The notes under the pieces are model-generated. The model made no database searches, was not told where the DNA came from, and worked only from the letters and a program-made list of their open reading frames with translations. Below, piece after piece: positions 1-12,000 of a stretch of 64,000 nt of DNA. Position 1 is the first letter of the stretch. Each line of letters starts with the position of its first letter. The DNA comes from Zygnema circumcarinatum SAG 698-1b. Its lineage: Eukaryota > Plantae > Zygnematophyceae. Position numbers and translations under genes: made by a program. The stretch is taken from assembly GCA_037447605.1 (NCBI GenBank), contig CM074811.1:1054001-1118000 (forward strand), written 5' to 3'.

Positions 1-684
1 ACAGCGTTAAACTTTCGAACTGTACGGATCTAGCAGAAAATATCACACGCTGTACGGATGCATTCAAAATTTCACAAAAAAACTGTACGCCCGCCCGCCC
101 GCCTCTGCCGTCTTCCCGCGTTAAAAGAAAAAATTTAAAAAATCTGAAAATTTCGAGAAACTCAATTTTTTCTGAACCCCTACTCGCCGCAGTTCCGTGC
201 CGGCCAACACCAACCTCCCATATAAACTTCCACGACCCGAGCCTCCCCCGAACCTCCCCCGAACCTCCTCCGGACTTCCAATCCATCCCCACCGTCCGTC
301 CTCCCCGCCAAAACTATCTCCCCGAATCGACGCCCCTCCATTCGCCACGTCACCTATCCTCCCTCCCCAACCAATCCCCCGCCTCCCTCACCCGATCCCT
401 GCCTCATCCACACCTCCCCCTTACCAAATTTCCAATCTCCCCCGATACTCCCCCGAGCCTCTCCCGGGCCAGGCTTCGGCTCGGGCTAGGCTCGCAGGGG
501 CGCGGCGGCGAGGAGACGCGATAGAGGTGGGGCAGCGATCGCAGGGCTGCGCTTGGTCGCGGGCGCAGAGGGGGGTGGGAGGGCGTGCCAAGTGGCTGCT
601 CGCGATTGCAGGGCAGAGGGGCGGCGATCTGCGGCTGAGAGAGGGAGGGAGAAAGGGAGGGAGGGAGTATAAGAGGGGGAGGCC

Positions 685-1578
685 ATGGCCCAGCAACAGA
701 TGATGCTGGGAGGGGGAGGGCAGCCCGGGATGCAATACCCGGGCATGGGGGGGGGGCCGCAGATGGCGCCCTCCATGGCGGGGGCGTATGGAGGGGGAGG
801 GGGAGGAGGGGGAGGGGGAGGGCAGGGGGGGTCGCAGGCAGGGCAGAGTCCGGGGGCTGGAGGGGGAGGGGGAGGGCAGCAGGGAGGGGCGGGGATGCCG
901 GCGGGATATCAGCAGCAGAGTGCGATGCAGCAGCAGATGCAGTACCAGCACCTGCAGCAGCAGCACCAGCAGCAGTTGCAGCTGTTTTGGTCGCAGCAGA
1001 TGCAGGAGGTGGAGCAGGCGAACGACTTTAAGAACCACCAGCTGCCACTGGCCCGGATAAAGAAGATCATGAAGGCGGACGAGGACGTGCGGATGATCAG
1101 CGCGGAGGCGCCTGTGGTTTTCTCCAAGGCGTGTGAGATGTTCATTCTGGAGCTCACGCTGCGCTCGTGGATCCACACGGAGGAAAACAAGAGGCGGACT
1201 CTGCAGAAGAACGACATTGCAGGCGCTATCACCAGGACGGACATTTTTGACTTTCTTGTTGATATTGTGCCACGTGACGAGTTGAAGGAGGAGGGCCTGG
1301 GGATTCCCAGAGCGCCCGTAGCCATTCCTGGCGCTGACATGCAGTATCCGGGAATGTATTATGTGCCTCAAGCCACTCCTGGCCCCGCTCCCATGGCGCA
1401 GCCGGGCATGATGGCTCCTCAGATGATGGTGGGAAGGCCTGCCATGGCCATGGACCCCGGCATGTACACTCCGCAGGCCCGCGCTCCCTTGCAATATATG
1501 CAGCAGCCCATGCAGCAGCCCATGTGGTCGGGGCAGCAGGTGCCGCCTCCTTCAGGAAGTCTTCCTCAGCAGGGCTAA
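685..1578 (+). CDS. NF-YC: Nuclear transcription factor Y subunit C (histone-fold), intronless, with Gly/Gln-rich N-terminus and Pro/Met/Gln-rich C-terminus
   Basis: The ORF contains the NF-YC histone-fold core: [82 protein letters not shown]. Confidence 0.96.
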   Translation: MAQQQMMLGGGGQPGMQYPGMGGGPQMAPSMAGAYGGGGGGGGGGGQGGSQAGQSPGAGGGGGGQQGGAGMPAGYQQQSAMQQQMQYQHLQQQHQQQLQLFWSQQMQEVEQANDFKNHQLPLARIKKIMKADEDVRMISAEAPVVFSKACEMFILELTLRSWIHTEENKRRTLQKNDIAGAITRTDIFDFLVDIVPRDELKEEGLGIPRAPVAIPGADMQYPGMYYVPQATPGPAPMAQPGMMAPQMMVGRPAMAMDPGMYTPQARAPLQYMQQPMQQPMWSGQQVPPPSGSLPQQG

Positions 1579-4435
1579 CAGGAGGGAAGAGAGCTAAGCA
1601 CAGGGTTGTCAGTTGGGATATTAGGGTTATTGAAGCCTGCTTTTGGCTCGGGGGAAGAGGGGAAGCTCGCACAAACATTTTAACGTAGAATCTTCCTGAG
1701 GAGAGCCGATTCTGTCTGGTTGGCTACTGCAAACCGGGATGCAATAAGGCGTATGGGGAGAAATTTGATAGGTTGCAGCAGTCTACTTTTGGGAGGGGAT
1801 GACGAGAGAGCCATGAAAGAGGGAGTTGTTTGAAGAATCATCTGTACAGGAGTTTCCATCGAGTCGCGAGGCTTGGAGCGTTTCCGTCGACTCTGTAGGG
1901 TAGCTGAGTTGAAGTCTCTGCAGTTTCAACGAATCCATTGGAGCGGGCAGCCTATCTCTTGCTGTATGTCTGATGCTTCGTAGGAGGATTGTATGATGTT
2001 GTCTGCTTGCGCTTGCAAGTGCCCTCAAGATGGGTCGCCTGATTAGGGCAGGTAGGCAGCTTCGTGTTTTCGATTTTAGGTTTCGCAACCCTCAATGTGG
2101 AACAAAAGCCATCTTGTCCATAATGTGTCGCACTTTTTTGATGTAGTTAGCATGTCATTGCATAGTAAGTAGCGTAGTCTAGGCCAAGAGCAGGGATGGA
2201 TTCTTTGCCAACAAATCTTCTGTTTTGCCATTTCTGGGAGGATGACCCCCTTCCTGCTATGACCCGCCTGGCCGAACTGACATGACTTGATTTGCGTCCA
2301 TTACCTGTAAGTCTCACAGATACCGCTTCGCAGAAATGGCTATCGGAACTACCGGTCTCTTTATTCAGCTTTTCTCCCTTTTTTCAGGTCATCCATGTGA
2401 TGAGGGTCAAAAATCATAGTCCCTGATCCTGAGCAAGTGCAGTTCAAGGGGTGCATACTGTGGAGGGGCTCGGGATTCATATGAGCGTTATCTGTGAACC
2501 CTAAAATCCCGCTTTTATGCGGTTTGAAGTAGGTGATGATATCTTGCAGCAGGCTATGGTCCTGCATGTCTAGTCTGTTTTCGAGTTTTTCAGGGTCTTT
2601 TTTCTTACTTTTGTTCTTTCTTTATTTGATTTTTTTAAAAGAATCTACTGATCACCTTTCATGCACAGTCGGTTGCTAGGATCTTTATATTCTGGTCCCT
2701 CGTTGCAGTAAGTTTACATCTCCCTCCTTTCTGTGTATAGATGCAAGGCCTGCAGTCATCCATTAGGATGAGCCCTTTCAATCTTGAATGCATCATCTAC
2801 GCACTGTGACGAAGGTAGTGCTCTCACCGCCAGTTTTATAAGAAGTCCCTTCGAGGTTGTTCCCATATTTAGCATAATACGTTATACGTTAACACGTTAT
2901 TTAGCATTAAACAAGCTGAAGACATTTTTGCCTAAAAGGAGATGACACACGGAAAGCAAACGCTCATCATAAGTCTTCAAAGACTCGAGGAAGGCAAGGG
3001 TGGGAGGGTGGGAGAGTGGGAGGGAGGGAGGGCCCGCAGAGGGTTTGATGGGTGGAAAGCAAGACAAACGAGAAAGCAAAAAAGAAAACTCGAGAGGCAA
3101 TCTAAAACCTTAGAAGGCACTCATAGCTTCTATTTTTTGTTCTTAGATCTTTCTGAGCAATTCTTCGTGGTTCCCCATGGTGACTTTGTCCGTGTACATT
3201 TGATGGCATCATCGCCATGGTGAGATCAATAGGGCTTGTCAGACTTAGATAATTCTCGTAATACTAAACATTCGCTGTTCGTCACATTTCCAGTCAATGT
3301 CAGTACAACAAAAATTCGCTCGCTTATTTTGTTTGTTCGCAGTCAGTCGCTTTTGCGCGGTAATGTCCGCCCCTCCGACCGCGTGCGGCGCCCTCAGACC
3401 TCGAACCCGCGACCACCATTTGCAAAAAGCGGCCCAAACGGCGCTACATCGTGCCGCGCGTCACGTCACGGCCCGCGCGGGGGGCGGAGCGGCGCCGCGA
3501 AGCCGCCGCCGCGTCGCGACAAAATCAAAGTGAGGGCCGCCCGCCGTTCGTGGTCGGTCAATTTTTTAATTTCAACATTCGCCAACCAACCACGGAAACC
3601 ACGGAAACGGATGATCACGTGTGCAGAAAAGATCCAAAAATGACACGATTTTCACCATTTCGTTGTCGGCGCCTTTTTTGGGTGCGGACAAAATCGTGCG
3701 GAAAAATGCTCTTTTCAGTCGCGCGGGTCAAACTCCGCAACATTGACTCGTTGGCTTAGGTAGTTGACATCGGTTCGGTTCGGTTTAGGTTCGGGGAGCG
3801 CCATGAATTTCAGTACTTAGTAACCTGGGTTTTAGTTCGCTACTGCCGTACTATCAGTAGGTTTGAACTTTTGGAATTTGTCAAAGTTCAAGTGAAAAGG
3901 TTTCATTTGAACTTTTGAACAACTCGAAATGAATAGTTTTCCGAATTGAACAGTATAAAAACAAAGGTCACGAGTCTCAATCTGTTCGGTTACACTTGTG
4001 GATTCCAGTTTTTGCCATGCAGGATTCAGGCAATCTCAGAGATTTGATTCACTCCGGCCCAGTTTTCACCGTATGATTTTTTGCGCCAGATCAACGATTT
4101 TCGTACGGTACCAAAACGGAAACGGGCAGAATTTGGACCGCGCGTGGATCTGAGTCCACGCGCTTTGCGATTTGGCAAAATCTCATTGTTGATCAGTGGA
4201 TGCAATGTAAACTGATGTTGAACACGCCCGGTAGTTAAATGTTCAATGTTCAATTGGATTTGTTTTGGATCGCATTTGAACAAGGTTTGACGTTTGTAAC
4301 GTTTGTTGGAAAAAAAACAGTTAAATCTCCAGTTGAAGGCCGCCATGGAAAAGCTTCCCGTGGCCCTCCGCAGCTTATGGATGCCTTGACTCTCGTCACT
4401 CTCCTCTCGCTTCTCTCTCCCTCTTGTATCGGAAG

Positions 4436-5638
4436 ATGGAGCTCTTCAGCGACGATAGCAATGGCGACGAAGCTCTTGCCCGCCGGCGCATGCAGAAGCT
4501 CCGACATCTCTCCCAGCAGGAAGCTTCCAGAAAGGAGCAGGCGGAGAAGAGGCGAACCCTAACTCTGCTGCAGGAGGATCCTGCCGAGAGAGCTGAATCC
4601 TTTTATGCCGCCTTTCAGCAGCAGCTGGAGAGCATACGCGCTACCTTGGAAACGAAGGATGGCGGAAATGTTGCGTCAAGCTCAGGACTTCTTGAAATTG
4701 CTGAACGCATTCAGCAGATGGAAGCAGAAGTTGCAGATTCTGCTTACTTTTTACCTCCACATGACATCAAGGAGGCTCAGGATGCTCTTGGGAAGGTGAA
4801 GGAGGAGCTTGCTGCAAAGAGAGCCGTAGCTGCTCGTCCAAAAAAGTTTTCGTTTTCGAGCAGGCGGGAGCGAAGGAGTGTCCAGGAAGCGGGAGGTGGC
4901 GAACCGGAGAATGGTGAGGGGGTTGGAAAGGAGGGGGATAAGGAGGAGGTATCTGGTTTGCTAAGTGGTAATACGAGCTCTTTGAAACTGATTGAAGGAA
5001 GTAATGGTACTGATGTTAGGGTTAAGGAGTCGTCTTCAAAGTCCACCTCTATCTCTGTAGAAACCTCGAGCTCAGGAATTCAATTTAAGGGTAACGGCAC
5101 TCTAGCAGCAGCAGAAGCAGGAGCAGTAGTGGTTACAGACAGGGTTAAGCACGATATATTTCTAACTGTAGCTGAAGTGGACGGGCATGACTTAATACTG
5201 GAACGCTTAAAGAACTGCAAAATCTTTGTTATGGGGAAAACTGCAGCGGTGTTTATACATGAGTTGGAAGAGTGTCAGGTATTCTTAGGGCCTGTGCACG
5301 GAGCGGCCCACATAGATCACGTTGTAAACAGCATTGTAGCAGTTGCAGCTCATCAGATTAGGATCCATTCTTCGGAAGGCACAGATTTCTACTTAAGGGT
5401 CCGCAGTCAGCCTATTGTTGAAGTCACCCGTGCCGTGAGATTCGCGCCATATTGCTTTCAATATGAAGGAATCGATCAGCAGCTAGAAGAGGCGATGCTT
5501 TCTGAAGACAACAATTTTTGGAGGGAGGTGAAAGATTTCAAGTGGCTGCGGTCTACGCAATCGCCAAATTGGTCTGTTCTTCCCGAAATGGAGAGAATGG
5601 CACCTGTCAATGGATCATTGCTCAACGCGGCTGTGTAG
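4436..5638 (+). CDS. TBCC: Tubulin-folding cofactor C (PORCINO-like), intronless
   Basis: N-terminal helical region with KKFSF, then the C-CAP/cofactor C domain (HQIRIH...DFYLRVRSQPIVE...FAPY...WREVKDFKWLRSTQSPNW). First ATG is at 4436; the ORF track starts at an upstream TTG. Confidence 0.92.
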   Translation: MELFSDDSNGDEALARRRMQKLRHLSQQEASRKEQAEKRRTLTLLQEDPAERAESFYAAFQQQLESIRATLETKDGGNVASSSGLLEIAERIQQMEAEVADSAYFLPPHDIKEAQDALGKVKEELAAKRAVAARPKKFSFSSRRERRSVQEAGGGEPENGEGVGKEGDKEEVSGLLSGNTSSLKLIEGSNGTDVRVKESSSKSTSISVETSSSGIQFKGNGTLAAAEAGAVVVTDRVKHDIFLTVAEVDGHDLILERLKNCKIFVMGKTAAVFIHELEECQVFLGPVHGAAHIDHVVNSIVAVAAHQIRIHSSEGTDFYLRVRSQPIVEVTRAVRFAPYCFQYEGIDQQLEEAMLSEDNNFWREVKDFKWLRSTQSPNWSVLPEMERMAPVNGSLLNAAV

Positions 5639-6050
5639 TTGAACTGAACGTTTGAGGGTACGATTACTTTTTTTTTCCTTCGTTGAGAAGAGATCGTTCA
5701 GTTGAGAAGGATAATCGTTTTTTTTTTTTCGCCGCAAGTGTCTGGTTGGGTTCAATACATTGTTATTGAGTTACAATAAGGAAAGTAGGCCCCATTTTTT
5801 TATTTCTGGAGTCATTTTTGTGTGGCTAAAGTTGCAGTACGTGGTTTCGTGTACAAGAATTGCAGCACAGGGATGCAGCTGAGGAGGGTCTGAAAGTGTC
5901 GACAGCATAGGAAAGGAAAGGAAATAATTGCTATTCATCTGAAGGTGCTACGCGAGTCTTGTTGTATTAAGGTTCTCGTCCAAAAAATAAAAGTTCTCAT
6001 TTTTCTGTAGTCCTGTATTCTGACAAATGTTGATTGCATTGCCTTGAGAC

Positions 6051-9000
6051 TCAGTCGGTGGGTTTGGGATTGATGTCCTTTCGGTTCAGAGATTCGTTAG
6101 GTATTCGTTGAAGCCTGAGGAAAGGTAGGCAACTTAAAGAGGGGGGGAGCCGGAACCGGGAGAAAAGTTTTGAGGGGAGAGAGGGAGAGCGGGGGGGACA
6201 TTTCTGCAAAATCATTTCTTGTCGGATGAGGTGGGCAAGGGATAAGGATGGTGGGAATAGAGGAGGAAGGGAGGCATAGAAACACGCGAGGGAACTGATG
6301 ACAGATTGCAGGGGATCAGGGAAACATAGCAGAGACATTAAGAGGGAATGAAAGCAAACATCTAAAAGGACAAAGCGCAGGATAGAAAGGTTGACGATGA
6401 CGAACAGCGGGAGGTGTGATGGTTGGGGGGAAGGCAATGATGGCAAACTGCGAGAGGGACGGACATACTGTACTGCAGCATCATAAAAAACTGGATGTGT
6501 CCACTAGGTAAAAAAGAGTACGAGTGTCTTTATGTTGAATATTGAGAAAAAGTGATGGTATGTCTTCTATAGCTATTCTGTTTCAAATAATTTTAACGAA
6601 TCAATTGTGCACACAAATGGGACCAATTCAAATGAAAAATGGACTCCTAATGATGCTCTGATGAAAATAAATGTGGTTTACTAACTGAACTGATTTTCTG
6701 CCCTCCTTAAGCTTCTGCTCCTCGTTTGCCCTACCAAGCAGAACTTGCCTGCTCCTGTCTTCCTCTGTGAGCGGAGCTTATGATATGAGGCTTCTATGAA
6801 ACCTCTATGCTATGCTTGACTTAGGGCGCAATCCTTCCACGCATGTACCTCGAGGGCTAGAATCAGCACCCTTAGAATTAGATTTTTTAGCAGTTCTGCT
6901 ATTCCTTTTCACACTTTCATCAGCCTATCCCCATGGTATGTCGATGCTCTAAGTTACCTCAGTGGGTGGAAGGCTGTCTTGTAAAATGCCTTCCCAATGC
7001 TATTATTACCCTGCTTTCCTTCATTTTCCATGGCTCCGATATCCTTCGCAGTAGGCGGAGAGAGACCGAGAACCAAAGAACGGGTATCCGGACGCCATGG
7101 ACTTCTAGACCTGTCCTCCTCCTGCTCTTCATTAAACCCAGCATTGATCGTTTCCCAAAACGCTCGTCCTCCTTCAGCCTGACTCTCACCACGGCTGAAA
7201 ATCTTCTCATTGTTCAACAGTGATGGATCCACTTCTTTGCCCTTTGCTCCTGCTACTTTACCTTCTGCGTCAGCTCCTTCTTCCTGGGTTGTTTCGAGGT
7301 CCCGTTGATACCTCTCAGGCTTAGCCACAAGCAGCATTTCTTCCATTGGTTTATCCACTTCATCTCTACCAGAATTGAGTGTGCCGGCTCCTGCATCGAG
7401 CCCATGAAGAGTGTCCAAGGACATTCTCACCGTTTTCATCTTCCTCCTTGCGGGGGCGGTCTCCCCCACTCCCCTTGCCTGCATCTGCGAGCCATTGTAA
7501 GATCCCCACTTGCGATAATCCCTATCTGGTTCACCTTCCCGAAACCTTGCGGGCACTGTCTTGTTGTATTCTCTTCTCCAAGCCACTCCCCTGTTGTGAG
7601 CGTAACCTCCGGGTGGTGGAGGTAGTGGTTGCAGCTCATCCACAGGCAGTGGCCTACCTCTCGTGGAGTAGTCACGGTGAAGGTAAGGATCTCCACGACG
7701 ATAGGGCTCTCTATACATTCCACCTGCAGGGGCCAAGTCTCCTATGAATGCTCCGGTGGGCTCCCTAAAGTATGCAGGATGCTCATACCCATATCCATTT
7801 GCTGCCTGCTCAGTCAAACGATCATTTTCCCCACTGTATCCCCAGGGGTTGTTCCCTTCGTAAGGGACTCCGAGCTCCATTCCTGCGGGTGTGTGGGACT
7901 CCCCTCTGCTGTACAGCAATAGCAACGGGGAAGTATGCGTTATGGTCTGTGAGCATAGAAAGAGGGATTTCTGGAACATCCAAATTTGCCAGGCCTACAG
8001 GCGGAAAACTTAAAAAAAAAATGCGCCTTTTGCATGACGGGGATAGTCAAGTAACCAAAAAAATCTTGCAGATTAAACGGAACTGCTATGCAACCACACA
8101 AGCTAGCATTCATCATGCTGACGAGATGCTCCACAACAGAGGGGTGAATGCACTGGTAATGCTTACTTGGACATTTCAAAGTCGCGGCCACTGTAAGGAG
8201 TCATTCCCTGCGTTTCCTCTGTCCAGCCGTCTCCCTCTGTCATATATCGCCCTCCTGCCATCGGCCTTCCGCCGCTCCAAGCCCCTTCCCACCCCTTCGG
8301 GTAGCCATGGCTGCTAAGATTGGTATCTTGATACTCCTGCAGTTGTTGTGGGTAGGTAGAGTGAGTAGAAGGCCCCATTTGAGAGGCCCATGCCTGATGG
8401 TTTCTTCCGCTTCCAGAATAAGGCCCGGGGGACGTTTCATAAGGAGGGTTCAATGATGGCCTTTGCTTCGGCCCTACCCAACTGGAGTAATTGGCTTCGG
8501 TTTGCTCTTTTCGACCTCCTCCATAATGGCTTCCTCCTCGAGGAGGTGTCGAGGGCGTCATCTCCTCTGTGAAACCATCGTTCCTACCGCTCCTTCCCTT
8601 CGTTTCAGCATCCTTGCTCTCAACGACGGGATACAGCTGACTATTGGGATAACTGACTGCATCTTCATTGTTGAATCTGTTCATTGAGGAAGGACCTCCA
8701 TGTTGAACCTCTGGGCGCCTTCCCCTTGATGGTCCTCCCTGAGCTTCCACACTTGCTAAAAGACTCCTATCTTCAGGATGCCTATGTCGGATAGGAGAAA
8801 GGTTGTGTGCGTAAGTGCCTGCATGAGTTCTCAGCGACAAACTCTTCCGAAGTCGGTCCCGTTTCTCAACCTCTTCTTGAAGCTGCTGAGGCCCCGAACT
8901 GCTGAATGTATCGTCTGGAGGAAGAGACCTTAAAGATAAGCTCTTTTGCATTCGCTCCTGACGTTCGTGCTCTTCTCGAAAAGCCTGAACTAACCTCAGA

Positions 9001-12000
9001 TGGTTTGACATTCGAGGGGGTGTAACATTCCGAGGTTTGTTCCCACTTTCACCTTTTTCTAGTAGCCGAGTCGCAACAAGGTTCAGAAGGACGGAAGGAG
9101 ATGGCTTCGGTAAAGCGAAGGAAGTTGGGTCCTTTGCAGTTGCAGTGGGGCTTTTGAAGAGGGCTGGAGAGCTGCTGCTACGACTAGGGGCTGGGAGCAC
9201 TTCAGGAGTAGACTTAGGAGTGACATTTAAGTCTGGGAGTGAGAGGGATTGATAAGCTGATGGAGTTGGAGGAGGAGGGGGAGGAGGCAGAGGGGAGATG
9301 GGAGAAGTGGTAGAAGAACTTTGGCCTGGGCTTAACACCGGTGGAGGAGTCATAGGTGTATTCGGAATATCGGGATAATAGGCAGGGAGTGGTGATGCCG
9401 GTGGAGTGACTGTCGGCGATGCAGCTCCTCTTCCCATCTCGTACGGACTCTCTCCCAACATATCTCCTCCTTCTGCAGCTTCATCTGCAACAAGCTCCAA
9501 CTTGTGGGCTATACGGGCAGGTGTTGGACCGGAGGCCAAATAGTTGGTATCTAAGCCCAGAGAGGGAGTTGGAGGAGGACATAATGGAGTGGGAGGGAGA
9601 GCTGAAGGTAATATCCTTTGGAGAGCTCCTCCATTGTCAGCTATATTCTCCAGAATCGGAGCAACAAGGCTAGGAGAGAAAGGTTGGGAGAGGTCCATGG
9701 ATTGGCCTGCTGGGGTAGGTGGTGGGGCCCTAGGAGCCATAGGAGAGACGAACTGCTGAGAAGTTTGGCCTGTACTCACAATTCCCATAGGAGGGGTATA
9801 TGGGCCTGAACCTGCAAGCTGAGCTAATGCCTGAACGAGAGTGTTTCCGGGAGATAGCCTTTCATTAGTCGTTCTGTTGGCTGCAAATGCTTCTACCCAA
9901 GCCAATACTTCTATAGGAACTGCTGCTCGTCCCGGGGGAACATTTTCCGTCATTGAAGGATCGGAATAGCTACGTTTGGCAGCCACTCTTGGGGGAGTAA
10001 GAAAGGACGATTGGCTATTGACAGTGGCACTTGGTTCAAGGATGCCGACAGGGATTGATTTGTTTTGATGCATGCCTGATGTCCTCCGTTTAGGATCAAG
10101 TGAAACGCTAGGAGCACCTGTTTCTGAGGGTACTTCCATAGCTGTGTTTTCTGTGAGCTGGTCAGAGCCATTCCTTAAAGCAACAGCTTTCTTTGTTGCA
10201 TTGTCCGGCTCGTTCATTTCCCTCAAGCCAGACCTTGAACCCCCAAAACTTGCTACAGCTATTTTAAGGGAGTTAATGCCATCAATGACCTCAGTGAGAT
10301 TGCTAGAACTTTCTGGAGAGGTTTCCAATGGCTGAAAGTCTGTCCTGCTTGGTGACGGGTTCAATAACTCAGAGCATGAGGATGGGGCCTCTGCTGCTGA
10401 ATTCTCAGTCGCTGATCCATCATCGGTCTGCAAATCTATTATAATTCCTTCAGCGGAGGGTGCAATGTTCGGAAAAGTGTCGTCTTGCTCCTGGGGTTGA
10501 GCTGTTTGAAATGAAGCGAAGGATGGGGAAAGGCTCTGTCCATCACTTTCAGTCCCACTTAACTCAATTTCCTGTCCATTGCTCTTGCCATAAACTTCCC
10601 TTTCAGCCTGCTTGTCCTCCCCTTCGTCTCCTGACCTAGGCCTTGTGCTGATTTCCAGGTTAGCAGGAAATTTGACATCCTCTACTTGCCTTGCTTGATT
10701 GACTTCCAGGGGTTCATCGTCAACCTCCTCCTCCTCTTCGGACCCATTCTCTTCAGCTGAATCCTCGTCTAGCATGAGTTCAATTTCGTCTCGCTGAGGA
10801 ATTGTGAGAGGAGCAAGCCGAGGTGCCCTCGCTTTGTCGCTGAAACTGCTCTTCAATTTCCGCTCACTTTTGCCCTGCACAACCCTCTGGCTAAGGCCTT
10901 CTTTACCTCCGATTAGCCTTGTTTTGAAAGCTTCATCCTGCTCCTCCTTTCCTGCCTGCATAACTACACAATCACCGTCCTCCTCAGAATGAAACCCATG
11001 TGCCTCAATTCCTGCCTCGTCCAGGCCAGAAATCTTGAGAGACAAATCTACAGCCCGCAAATCTGCATGCGTTTCCTCTTCCCCTTCAACTACATTGCCT
11101 TTTTCAGACTTCTCCCTAGTATTTGATTCCGTGTCTCCTGCAACCTGCCACAAAGTAGGAGGTCCTCCTCCCCCATTACCAGAAGCTCGCAACATGGCGT
11201 CCAGGCTCGTCCTCCCCCAAGTGCAAACGTCCCAATCATCCTCCGTCGGCTCAAAGCTGTTCACATGGGCTACGGGTATAGGGCTACCAGGTGTCTGTAT
11301 AGGGAAGTAGGAGCGGCCTGCTGACAAATTGAAGCTGCTCTTGGCAGCTGCTGCGTTGCTTTGCTCCATTGCTAAGGCAACGGCAGCGTTTGAATGAGCG
11401 TTAGTATCAACAAATAACTGCTTCTTCGAAGTGGAGCGTTTACTGGCAATTGGGGGCTTGTGGGCCAAGCTACCCTGGAAGTGTTCTTTGGGATTGGCAA
11501 TGTTTCCCAACACCTCCAAATGGTTTGGATGGTTCTCTCCTTCTGCCTCGCACAGAGTCTGACTACCTGACCACTCTCTGCCGGTTGCATCTTCAGGCGC
11601 AGCAAATTCCATATTGCTTGAGGGGGGACCCATCGCATCACACTCAGCCACACCTACTATAAGCACTTCCTCAGTTGGGAACTCCTCGGTAGCTTTCAAG
11701 TCAACCTTCTCTCCCTTCAGATTCCAGCTCCATGCACCTATAACCTCCACATCTTCCTTGCTGGATGAGGCTCTTTCCAGTCTCTTTTCCGACTGTGCTG
11801 AACTCTCAGTATCCTTCAGTGTGCCTGCATCCTGATTGCCCTGCTTCCTTCTCTCTTCTGTTGTCGTGTCCTTCTCTCCACCTTCCCTCTTTCCATCAGC
11901 AAGCTCAAGGCTTGCCCTTACAATAGATGTCTTATCTACATCGATATCCACAGAGTTCATTTGTGCCACGAATCTATCCTGACTCTCCTCTCCTTTACTC

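Noticed and set aside
197-1494. Overlapping ORFs 197-703, 421-1494 and others around NF-YC
   Set aside because: Shadow frames of GC-rich, low-complexity coding and UTR sequence with no recognisable domain.
3771-3792. tRNA T-loop-like GGTTC repeats
   Set aside because: No cloverleaf or A-box. It is only a short (CGGTT)n run.
9230-9760. Formin call for the poly-proline region
   Set aside because: No FH2 domain is visible anywhere in the spliced product.
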